The notes beneath the pieces were generated by a model. It searched no databases. It was not told the origin of the DNA and saw nothing but the letters and a program-made list of their open reading frames with translations. A stretch of 64,000 nucleotides of DNA from the NCBI GenBank assembly GCA_025786725.1, contig JAHLTZ010000004.1:744001-808000 (forward strand), given 5' to 3'. Each line of letters begins with the position of its first letter. Position 1 is the first letter of the stretch. Shown here piece by piece: positions 38,813-50,900 of the stretch. The stretch is from Syncephalis fuscata S228 (Eukaryota; Fungi; Zoopagomycota). Both the position numbers and the translations under genes were made by a program.

Positions 38813-40620
38813 TTAAAGGTCGACAGCAGCGTTGATGTCAAGGTCGATGAGATTACCTTCTTTTTCGTGCTTGGGCTTATCCTTGTCACCACCGCCATAC
38901 TTGCCACCGGTGCTTGGTTTGTCACCGCCACCATACTTGCCGCCGGTGCTTGGCTTGTCACCACCGCCTGGAGCACCAGTGGGGCATGGAGCCTTGTGCT
39001 CAGTGTCTGGCTTGTTACCGCCGGATGGAGTGCTACCATAAGCTGGCTTGTGGTCAGTGTCTGGCTTGTGACCGCCGGAGGAGTGCTACCGTAAGCTGGC
39101 TTGTGGTCACCGCCGGATGGAGTGCTACCGTAAGCTGGCTTGTGTCAGTGTCTGGCTTGTTACCGCCGGATGGAGTGCTACCATAAGCTGGCTTGTGGTC
39201 AGTGTCTGGCTTGTTACCGCCGGATGGAGTGCTACCGTAAGCTGGCTTGTGATCAGTGTCTGGCTTGTTACCGCCGGATGGAGTGCTACCATAAGCTGGC
39301 TTGTGATCAGTGTCTGGCTTGTTACCGCCGGATGGAGTGCTACCATAAGCTGGCTTGTGGTCAGTGTCTGGCTTGTTACCGCCAGTGGTTGGGCATGGTG
39401 CCTTTTGCTCGGTATCTGGCTTGTTACCACCGGATGGAGTGCTACCATAAGCTGGCTTGTGGTCAGTGTCTGGCTTGTTACCGCCGGATGGAGTGCTACC
39501 ATAAGCTGGCTTGTGGTCAGTGTCTGGCTTGTTACCGCCGGATGGAGTGCTACCGTAAGCTGGCTTGTGGTCAGTGTCTGGCTTGTTACCGCCGGATGGA
39601 GTGCTACCATAAGCTGGCTTGTGTTCAGTATCTGGCTTGTTACCGCCAGTGGTTGGGCATGGTGCCTTTTGCTCGGTATCTGGCTTGTTACCACCGGATG
39701 GAGCGCCACTGTAGGCAGTTGAAGGTGGAGCTACATTATAATGACGGCGATACTTCTTGTGGTGTTCGTTATCGCCACCTGGAGCTGGACCTGATGGTGG
39801 GCATGGAGCTTTGCCATTTGAGCTGTCTTCCTTGCCACCAGCGGGTGTGGGCGTGTAGGCTGGCTTGGTTGGTGGAGTGGTAGTCTCACCACCTGGAGCT
39901 GGACCTGATGGTGGGCATGGTGCCTTACCATTTGAGCTGTCTTCCTTGCCACCAGCGGGTGTGGATGTGTAGGCTGGCTTGGTTGGTGGAGTGGTAGTCT
40001 CACCAGCGGGTGTGGGCGTGTAGGCTGGCTTGGTTGGTGGAGTGGTAGTCTCGCCACCTGGAGCTGGACCTGATGGTGGGCATGGAGCCTTGCCATTTGA
40101 GCTGTCTTCCTTGCCACCAGCGGGTGTGGGCGTGTAGGCTGGCTTGGTTGGTGGAGTGGTAGTCTCACCACCTGGAGCTGGACCTGATGGTGGGCATGGT
40201 GCCTTACCATTTGAGCTGTCTTCCTTGCCACCAGCGGGTGTGGATGTGTAGGCTGGCTTGGTTGGTGGAGTGGTAGTCTCACCAGCAGGTGTGGGCGTGT
40301 AGGCTGGCATGGTTGGTGGAGTGGTAGTCTCACCGCCTGGAGCTGGGCCTGCTGGTGGGCATGGTGCCTTACCATTTGAGCTGTCTTCCTTGCCACCATA
40401 ACTGGCAGGTGGAGTTGCATAGTTATTAGTTCCAGCTGGAGCAGTTGTTTCTATGTAATACAAAAATAAAAATGGTAAGTTATCTATTATCAAATCTAAC
40501 ATTGAAATCGACCATCGATCTCTAGTCATTGTGCGGCTACTTACGATAGTGGGGCATAGCCGAGCTGACGCTCAAGGCGGCCAAAAGGAAAAGAGTTGAG
40601 GCAATAACACTGGACTTCAT
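38813..40620 (-). CDS. Secreted Pro/Thr/Gly/Lys/Tyr-rich repeat protein (cell wall or coat-like); 2 exons, with indels in the repeats near 39060-39150
   Basis: Exon 1 MKSSVIASTLFLLAALSVSSAMPHY then a GTAAGT intron; repeats GGKEDSSNGKAPCPPSGPAPGGETTTPPTKPAYTPTPA and PSGGNKPDTDHKPAYGST; ends GNLIDLDINAAVDL*. Confidence 0.8.
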
Positions 40621-42099
40621 CTTGTTTAATCTAGCGATTCAGTTACAGTATAGACAATTAAGTCACTAAGTTTAACTAGGGGGTAAGTAATAACTAAGTT
40701 TGTATATTTACTAGGAAGAAATAGTAGGAGAATAGAGTATGAAGTACAGGGCAAAAGATGGTGCATGTCGGGCTGCACTTATATATTGTAAAATCGATAA
40801 CCGGTAGCAAATGGATAGGTGGTGAGCAACGACATGCACACAGACATATTACGCAGGCGCTGCTGCAATCATCATCAGCAGCATCATCGTCAATAGCACG
40901 GCTACTAGAATTACAGCATTTTGGAAACCAGAATCCAATGAATATTCTTGATGTATTGACGGCCAGTCATGCGGTCAGCAATTCCTCCAATACGAGCTCG
41001 CTAAAGGTATACCATGGAAGGTGAAAACAAGTCACAGGCATGCTGATGAATAGTCCACTGCGGTAATTCTCGTTCTAGCGCCTACGCACTACAGCGGGTC
41101 ATCCACACGCGGCCGATACCTGTACAGCGGCAATGGACGAATGCGGGGAGAGCAAAGACATCTCATGCATAAGTGATGGATGGTGGTACAGCAGCAGCAG
41201 CAACCGCGTGGCCACCATTACACGAATGAAATACCTCCAGAGAAGGCCATTTCAAACAATGATTGGTACTTGTTGCTGAGTCCAATCAAAGGTATTGTGC
41301 AACATCAATTTATAGAGATGCTTCACAAAGGAAAATCCCGACTGACATAGCCTATACGTACACGCGCACATGTATACACACATACACACATACATTTCTA
41401 TGCTATAATGCTCCTTCCTTTATTACCTTTTATACGTACACACACAAATAAACGCACACAGCTATACGCAATTTGCGTGCAGACACAAAGAAAATAGATT
41501 CAATGAGTTATCCCAATGAGTAACAATAAACACGCACTATGCTCCAAAATAAGCAAAGATTGGTGATTCGATAACAAGGGCAGATGAATAGATAGACAGA
41601 TAGAGAGAATCAGTGCATCATGCTGTGACTATTGGACTCAACAAGTATATTTGATGCTAATTGGCAAATATGGTAATTTCTACATTTTCAAGTCGTTAAC
41701 CATCATGGCCACGTGAAGCTCAAAATATAATGGATTTTATTGATGCATTGTTGGCAATTACAAACATGTAAGTTGGCAGTCGTCATTTTTGTGGATGTTG
41801 TCGGTGCTGCTGTTGTTGCAGCCGCCACTATTGCTGTGGCTGCCAATTGTACTACCGCCTCTACTACTACTACTAATACTACTAATACTACTATCCCACC
41901 AATACTCATGCCGTCGTCATGTTCGCTGTAACTTTATACCTGTTATCGACAATATAAACACAAGCGACAATGCCAATAACAGTATCAGATTTAGCTTTTA
42001 GGAGCAAGATAGTCAGTTTCTTTTTATTTAACCAATAAATAACATTTGTGATATTTTATTACAGTTATAGGATAACTAAGTGTAATTTGCTTTGATTTG

Positions 42100-44861
42100 C
42101 TAATCTTGTAAACCAAAGGCACCCACTCGTCGCATGCCCACCGCGCCTCCTTCACGAATTTGCTCGTCCTCTAGCAAGTCACCCATACAATGCCAAGGGT
42201 CACGAGCACCGCCCCATCGTAATATGTCGTTACGCAATCGTTCACCCGCCACTCGACTTAATGGATCCGCGGCAAACCATTGTCGCCAGGTTTGACCGGC
42301 CAACGAGCGACCAAGTAAATAGGCATAATAGCCGGCACCATAGCTGATAAGATGGGTAAAGTCCATCTGCCAGCGAGCACCAGGTACATGCGCAAATAAA
42401 CTGTAGAGTGAATTGTTTTCAGCTTCAGCAAGTAAACGGTCAGATAGCTGGTCGCTAGGCGTTGACTTCCATCTTACGCCGTGATATAATTGATCAACAA
42501 ATGCCAATAGTATTTGATGATGTCTATCTAGCGCAGCCAAATAGGTACGTTGGTCGAGTTGGCGCTGCAGCACACTTGTAGGCAAATGCTCGCCTGTTTG
42601 GTAGTGGCGTGCAAAAAGCCTCAACACACGCGGGTCCGATGCAAATTGTTCAAATAAAATAGAGGGAAATTCGACAAAATCAGTAGCACATCGTGTACCT
42701 AATACAACATAATACAGCATAATGATATTAAATCGTTATTAGTGTATATATTAATATTTTTAATCTATTAATCTATATACTCAACTTACCTGCTACGTTA
42801 TGGAATTCGGTCTGTCCTAGCATAGCTATAACGATTAAGGTCGTTAATTAAATACAAATACTTTAATATACACTTACAATGAACTGCATGTCCCATTTCA
42901 TGAAATAGCGTTTCTAATTCATAAAGCGATAATCCAACCGATTCTCGCGCAAATCCACACACCAAGACTACAACAGGTAATTGACGCATTTGATCACCGC
43001 GTTGTATTGTCGTCTCGGCCGACGTTGGAATGGTTCTTAGCTCATCCGGCCATATACGACGTGCACATTGAACGGTATAGTGTGCAGCACCACTTGGCTT
43101 GCCCGGCCGATCAGCCAAGTCACAGTAAATGGTGCCAATTCGTCCCTGTACATCGTCAATAACTGCTAGTTTACGCACACTAGAATGCCATAATTCGCCT
43201 GATGCTGTGGCGGCCGGTTCTAAACGTATGCCATACAAGTTATTTAAAAGACGTGAGATCCCTTGTATGCATCGACCAATGGATGTATATGCCTGAAACG
43301 AAGCGGTTGCCGATTCAGTAGATACATTATAGTAACTATTACTATTACTGTCGGCAGAATGGCTTTTTGATAAATTTTCTTCTTGTTGTAGTTTTTGTCG
43401 TGCATACTGTTGTCTAACACGATAAGCATAAAAGTCGCGATCCCATGCATTTAATTCTGTAGAATTATGTCCAAGAAATTGCTGCTTTTCTTGTCTAAGT
43501 AGCTGTAAGTCTCTCTGTGCTTGAGGTAGATGCTGTAATGCTAATCCATCAAGAAATGATCGTACACTTTCTACATATCCATACTAGCTAGTTAGTAATA
43601 AATTAAAGTTAACAAGCAATAAGTTACCTGAAGAGCTGGCCATTTTACCGTCAAGTGACATATCAGCAAAGCTATTCCATCCAACAAGTTTGGCCAAAGC
43701 TGCTCGATGCAATAATAGCTCGTCAAGCACTTTTACCTGATCCGTTTGAATAGTATGCATTGCACGATACATCTTTTCGCGAACTGATTCGTCTTGGTAA
43801 AATCGTAGTACCGTACGTGCCGACACATCGCTAGTCGGTAACCGGACTTTATCGCCGTGACGAGTTGCTCCTCTTACAGGTGTATCACAATAACGTGTAA
43901 AATTCGACTGGTCTACCTGAATATACGGAATAGTCACTGTTTTTGTGTCATCGCGATTTATAAATTGACGTGATAAGGCAAGAATCTCATCTGATAAAGC
44001 AACAAATTGACGTCGATGTGTAGACGGTAAATGAATACCTGATCGTTCAAAATCACGTAAAAATAGCTGGGCTACTCGACGTTCTTCCTCGCCTAGTTTA
44101 TTGGCCACATCACGATTGGTTAATAATCGGCGTAGTGTCTAATAAAGCATATAGATAAATATCAATATATACATCAATCCAAAGTTACGTCTGTTCGTTA
44201 TTTGTCATTTAATAAAATGGTACATTATTTAAATTACCTCATAAAGGCCAGTATCAGTATTAAGTGTATTCATAAACGAAAAAAGTCGTTCATAGGCTCT
44301 ATGAGCTTCTTCAACGTATCGACGGTCTGGATGAACATGTCGAACAAACTCAGCAAGATCTAAGACGCTACAAAGCGCGTCTGATAGTTCGTCAAGTCGG
44401 CGTACTGCGTCTTTTAATGCCACATCTGTATCAGCCGATCGAATGATCGCTACAAGTCGACGCGAACGTGCTAAGCTTTCCTCGGTTAGCTGTCGAAAAC
44501 CATCAGGTGTAGCAAGTCGATCATCGCCAAATAAACCAGTGCTTAGAAAGCCGGTCACATTCGATGAAGTGGCGTTAGCAGTTGGCTCGCAATCAAACAG
44601 CTCCCGTAGATCATGATCCAATTCCAGCTCTACTGAAGATCTACCTGTATTAGATAGTGACTTTAGTGCTATTTTTTCTGAAGAAGTAGAAGGGGTTGGT
44701 GTGGAATGCGTAGTCTTTGTAGAGTGTGTTCGTGTATTAAAATGCTTTGTTTTAAAGGGAATCCGCGTCAATAATAAAAACCATGGCCTTATTGCTACTG
44801 TGTGGGATCGTAAAAAGCACGACTTTGTCGGCCTATTAAGCCGTAAAAACAGCAGCGACAT
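42100..44861 (-). CDS. OCT1: Mitochondrial intermediate peptidase (M3 family), multi-exon
   Basis: Basic presequence; LDELSDALCSVLDLAEFVRHVHPD, LNTDTGLY, FERSGIHL, TLFHEMGHAVH (HExxH), GTRCATDFVEFPSILFE, HLISYGAGYYAYL. Confidence 0.95.
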
Positions 44862-45004
44862 GTCAATGACGCTTGCAATTAAAAAGAATAAAACAAGTAC
44901 AAATAAAAATGTAATAAAAATAATTATAACAAATTTCGCTTTAAAGACTCAAAATAGGGGTGCAAGGTAAAATTCAAGCACTCTAAGTCGCACTGTTATG
45001 CACA

Positions 45005-45316
45005 ACATAGTTATATTACTTACTATTAAATGTTATTAATAAATCGATTTAAATAAACAATGTAACATACCATTTAATTTCTTTGAAATATCTGAGGTCG
45101 ATCATTGTTGTTTTTGGCTATATGTAGAAAAACTGATCGAATATTAATAGAAGCCATATGATTGCGATTCCATGTCATTCCACGTTTGTTGTTATTGCAT
45201 CTATGTACAGCATGGATTATTGCATCTAAATGATCTTTTCTATTTTCTAATATTCTACTGTTGCATTTTGGGCATATTTTTGATGTAAACTCAAGATTAA
45301 TATAATTATTAAACAT
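45005..45316 (-). mobile_element. Fanzor1/TnpB 3'-end remnant, subtype A
   Basis: LEFTSKICPKC...HAVHRCNNNKRGMTWNRNHMASINIRSVF...DRPQIFQRN*. Confidence 0.78.
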
Positions 45317-45630
45317 CTTTGTTGAAATGGTTTACAATTATAAAAAAAATAAAAGAATTGCAATTATTAAATATGATTGTTACAATATACAAATGTGGCT
45401 CAAGTAAACAGAAACAAAATAGAAAAGAAATAGATCATATAACAGTTTGGTGTGCAGTATGACAAACAGGCAACAGAGTAATGTGGAACAACATGGAATC
45501 GCGATTATATGGCTTCTATTACTATTCAATCAATCTTTCTACACATGGCCAACAACAACAATAATAATTGGCCTTAAATGTTCCAAAGAAATCAAATAAC
45601 ATGTTACATTCTTTTGTTTAAATGTTTAAA
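45317..45630 (+). mobile_element. Fanzor1/TnpB 3'-end remnant, subtype B, back-to-back with subtype A
   Basis: tgtggaacaacatggaatcgcgattatatggcttct translates to CGTTWNRDYMASITIQSIFLHMANN, with the RuvC-III Asp intact. Confidence 0.75.
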
Positions 45631-45884
45631 TAGCAGCTACTGATACAATGCTCTGTTATATTTAATTCTACTTTATGGAATGATAATGTTATTATATTAC
45701 ATTGATATTTATTGTGAATGATCATTTAAACACAATTAATCCAATCAACTCGTCAACTATTTAAATCGTTACAATTGATTGTGTAAAAAGATTTACTGCC
45801 CCTGGGGGATGAAAGTAAATATTGACCAATTACTGTTTATTCAATAAATCTTAAATAAATGGTTTATTCGTATAATAGAGAAGA

Positions 45885-47622
45885 TTAAACAGAAATGGTC
45901 TTAAAAATGTTAAAGCCGGATGCAGCTGTGCTTACAACACAACCAGGTATTTGTGGATGCCAGTGTAGTTCCTTAATATCCGATTGGCCTTGATGAATAA
46001 ACAATAGCTGAGGTGGCACTGGTACCGTAGTACCTTGTCCATCTGTGGCCATGGCCGCTTCTTCCTCAGGGTCGGGCTCCACCGATAGATCCCATAGTGT
46101 TAGTTGGTCATCAGCACCTGATACGGCAAGCACCGATTCTTCTTGCGGATTCCACTCAATTGACGTAATGGGTGCATGATGCCATTTAAAGCTAGCCACT
46201 GGAGCTGGTGCACCGTGGCCATTAGCGCTACCGGCTGCTGGAGATAGTGCACGCATATCCCACACGCTAAATATACCATCATCCGAACCAGATGCTAGTA
46301 AGTAGGAGACTTGTCGATTCCATGAAATTACATTAACATCGGCAGTATGCGCTTCAAATCCAATCGCTTCTTTTGTACGCTGGGCACGTGTATCCCAGAT
46401 GCGAATAGTGCGATCCGAAGAACACGAAGCAAATACCGTCTTTTCTGTAGGCGACCACTGTAAATCCTCCACAGAACCTTGATGACCTTGAAAGGCGACC
46501 GAATCAGTTTGAAAACCGGCATTATTTGCTGAAGTAGCAAAAATCTTGCCATGGCCATCGCCTGTTAATAGTCTTAGATTTTATTACAATTATCGACAAT
46601 GTTAATATACACGCACTATAACTATATTACTGACTTTACTAGCCACTTTTATAACTTACTTTCCTGCTACCGTAGTAGACCAGTCCATGGCATAACCTTC
46701 GGCAGTGTGACAGGCAACCGTATGAAGCGGACCGTTATTCTTTGGCGGTGCCACGCCCACTTGTGATAATGATGCCACCTGCGATTGAATATGCCAGATA
46801 TGAACCTTGCCTGTATCGGCCCAGGTTGCGGCCATTGCTTCTGGACCTTGCGGCATAACACGGACACGATTAACACCGCCATGATGTGGAATAGAACGAT
46901 GCTCTAAAATAGGATCCTCGTCTAAATCATCTTCCTCTTCTTCGTTATCTGTATCATCTAGTAGAAGTAAACATTAAATAATAGTAATTAATTAGCATAG
47001 ATGCATATAACTATTTTACTACATTATATTATTACCTTCATCGTCATGGCTTGTACGATGAAGTTGACTCATTTTCATGATCATCAACTCGTTATTCTTT
47101 GGCTTATCTGCTTGAGTACCTGCCACCAAATAGGTAGTATGCGGATATTTACTACGATCTTCACCCAAATTATCCTTAAAAATATCAAAGCTAAGACAAG
47201 GCCAGCGTACATTCATACTGTGCAGCATCTCGTAGGCCGAGTTATCGACCTCCAATACTTGGTCCTTTTCTAACTGTTGACCCGGCAAGTACACTCTAAC
47301 TTCCTGTTCCGTTTCATCCACCTCCATATCTATTAATTGATTGGTTTAATTAATTACCGTATATTAATTGCTACTGCTATTTACCATTATCATTCGCTTG
47401 GCCTTCGCCTTCTTCTTCTATAGCATCATGCTCAGTCTCTCCATCAATGATGTCCTCTCCGCTATCGGATTCCAACTCGTCCTCCCATACATCTTCAAAT
47501 TCGCCCATTTCCTCCAAATTGGATGGTAGCTGTTTGCCATTGGTCGAACGATCGTCAAGTACCCGCGACTTGGCCTGGCGTCCCTGCTCATCAGCAGTGG
47601 TAAATTCACGCTTTGTCGACAT
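45885..47622 (-). CDS. RRB1: Ribosome assembly WD40 protein Rrb1/GRWD1, multi-exon
   Basis: DNSAYEMLHSMNVRWPCLSFD, LVAGTQAD, HHGGVNRVR, VEDLQWSPTE, VPPQLLFIHQGQ, GFNIFKTISV. Confidence 0.95.
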
Positions 47623-47921
47623 ACTACGAACAATTTTAGAGGGTCGGCGTAAAAAAGAAGAAAAATGTCAAAAAATTGTATCAATGACTGAGCACAAGAA
47701 AACCGATCTACAGCGCTCGTTAATTTGACAGTTTTAATGGCATTTTAACAGTTATGACTGGTCTACAATGCCATCACTGAATATACCATAGTATATTCTA
47801 TACAGCGTCATATACACACGCAATATATATATTACTATTATTGTTATTGCTATTGCTATTGTTATTGTTATAACCACCACTGCTTGTTTTTATCGTCACT
47901 ACATCAATAGCTGTTGTGGAT

Positions 47922-50900
47922 ATGCGTCTTGATACTACTCCACCCAGAACAGCAGCGAGACAAGTAGGCCAGACACCACCTGCTCTACTGCAATCGCTGC
48001 TGCGTCTGGATGTAGGCAAAACGCCACATGTTCACTCGTTGGTCTGTTCTGCGTCGTCATTTGGCTCGTCGCCGTCCAACAAGCAAAAAGAACCAACGCA
48101 ATTCTATTGTCTAAAGTGCTACTCGATCTATTCGCTGCTTCTTAGCAATGATGCACTACGTTGCCGCGACTCGGGAGGACCCAATATACATCACCTTCAC
48201 CTTGACTCGTCTATCTTATTGGCCGATAACCAAAGCAACCTGCGACTATACTGTTGTCGTTGTCCGTATGAGGCTCATTTTATAAAAACCGCACCAGCTA
48301 TCTCTATGCAACGTATGCGGCTTATTGAGCTGGACAAGCCTAATTATCAAGACCGGATCAAGTTCTATAATCAAATTATCAAAATTACCACTAATATACT
48401 TAATGGTGAAAAACGGCCATTGAAAAAAAGCAATCCATTGGTAGACTTTTTGTTAAAAGGACTGAATAATTCGGGGTAAGTATTTAATCAAAAATAGACG
48501 TCAATAGATCGGTCAATCTATCGGTCAAATGTACTAATCGTTTAATGTAGACAAATGATATTTGACGAATTAGAATTTACAGAAACTAGTGAAGGGTTTA
48601 TGGTGCCACCAAATATCACCGCACCATCACCTTCCACCGGGAGTAAAGATAAAAAGAGTAGAATTGGTCCATTACGTGAACGAATTGAAGATATTCGAAC
48701 TGAAATGTCTCTTGCTATGTACAATCTAAAACTTGAATTTGGTAAGTAAAAACAGAGCTAATTAACGTCAATATAACTGAATATTGGTTATAGGTTTATT
48801 AAACAATAATGATAGTACATTTATAGATGCTCATCTTATTTTGTTACAATTATTGGGCTGTGATACATGTAAGTAATTCATATATATATATAAACAAAAT
48901 AAATTGCTAATCAATATACTTACAGATGAAAAGGATACAAGTTACCAAAATGCAACTGAAAGTGAATTAAAGGCATTGCCACCACCACCACCATATGGTA
49001 TATTAGGATGTACGCCGTAAGTGAACACAATTAGAAATACCATAGTCTAATATCTGATAAATATCATAATAGCGATATGGCTGATTACATTATTGTATGG
49101 GCTTATGAACGATGTAGAGAAGAGGATCCACACCGATCATCAGAATATTTCAACGCATTGATCGATGTGGCTGAAATGCGCAACAGTGACATGTTAGAAG
49201 AGTTTATTAAAATGAACAAGTCTCAAGGTAGTTTATACTTGCATACCAGTAACATTATCTAATACAACTCCCCTCTAATAATATATAGGTGCATATAGCG
49301 CTCATGATGTAAAAGAGGCCTATCAAAAGTTGGAATTACATAATACAACAGTACCAGATGAAACAGTGATATCCATCTATGCATCTCGTGTAAGATAATA
49401 CACATAAACCTATTACGTATTAACGCTATTTTATCTATTACAGGTGGCAGATAAGCCAAAACATAAGAATGATTACAAGAAAGCTTTACGTATTATTGGA
49501 CGTAGTCGAGGCAGTGAAACCATTGCTATGTTTTTGGAAAAGAGCAATAATGAAGGTTTACGTCCATTGAATCGACGTAAGTTTAACATATTTACCACAT
49601 ATTAATATCGCTGTTAATATTAATACTATCCATTTAGTTACAGGTCATAGTCCACAGTCACTCACCGTCAAAGATGCCTATGCCTATTTTGGTATCAATG
49701 AAATGCTATCTGATGAGTTTATCGTTTCAGTCTATGAAGTGGCAGTAAGTAGTACTATTACATAGCAAATAATATAGAATCGATGACTAACAAATAGAAT
49801 TGATGTAGAAAACAGATCGACCCAATCAACAAAACAAACAACGTGAATGTTTAAAACTAATTGCCCAATCACGTAATAGTAATTATTTAATGAATGTACT
49901 TGCTATGGAGGATTCACTCAATGATGGAAATCTATCACCACGTAATAGTGGTAATAATGGTAGTACTGCTTATCGTGTGGGATCACCACCCATACCACCT
50001 CGTCCTATGTTAGCACCACTATTGTCAACACCGTCACCACTATCATCTTCACTTTCTTCTACAAATCAGTATACTGGTCCAGCTATATCAGTAAATGAAG
50101 CCTATCAGGCATTACAGATTGAAGACAAAGGCATTGATGATGATATGTTACTAACCGTTTATCAAATTCATGTAAGTCTACTATATAACAGAATTAACGT
50201 TTATTAATACTATTTTTAGGCGGATGATGGGCTAGTTAATCCTCGGTATAGAGAATGTTTACGAGTAATTGGTCAGAATAGACAGAGTCAGAAAATATTA
50301 AAATATCTGGACCCATCATTTTCAGGATCATTTAGTAAGTTAATTATATTGCATATACTAGCTAATAATTAATAATATTAATGATAATTAGTAGAACAAA
50401 AACAACAGAATGATATAAATATATTTAGGTAGTTTATAAATAATTGCATTTATTATTATTATTATTATTACTTACAATGGATATTATGTGTAGTGATTTG
50501 CCTGTAGGATTGGTTAATATTGGTAATACGTGTTTTCTTAATTCACTACTTCAAGTAAGTATTGTTTGTATTAGATATATAAACTTTATACTAATTAACA
50601 TGATTATTTAGTATTATGCGACTATTACCGATTTAAGAACGGCCGTTATCAATTTCAATGAACATAATGCTCTTTGTTTACTAGAAATGAACGAGACACA
50701 ACAGGATACAGCAAGTGATCAAAATACTTTTAAAACAAGTTCTGCCCATAGAATCAGTCCAGCTCAACAGAAACGAGCTATTCAGTGTAGGTTATGGTTA
50801 TGGTTGTGGTTATTATTATTAAACATCTAGTGGTATTTATTAATTAATGCATATACATATACATATATATATATATACATATACATATATAGTTACTGCT

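Noticed and set aside
41703-42001. Short overlapping low-complexity ORFs downstream of OCT1
   Set aside because: Driven by ACT/GCT triplet runs, with no consistent start, frame or recognisable domain.
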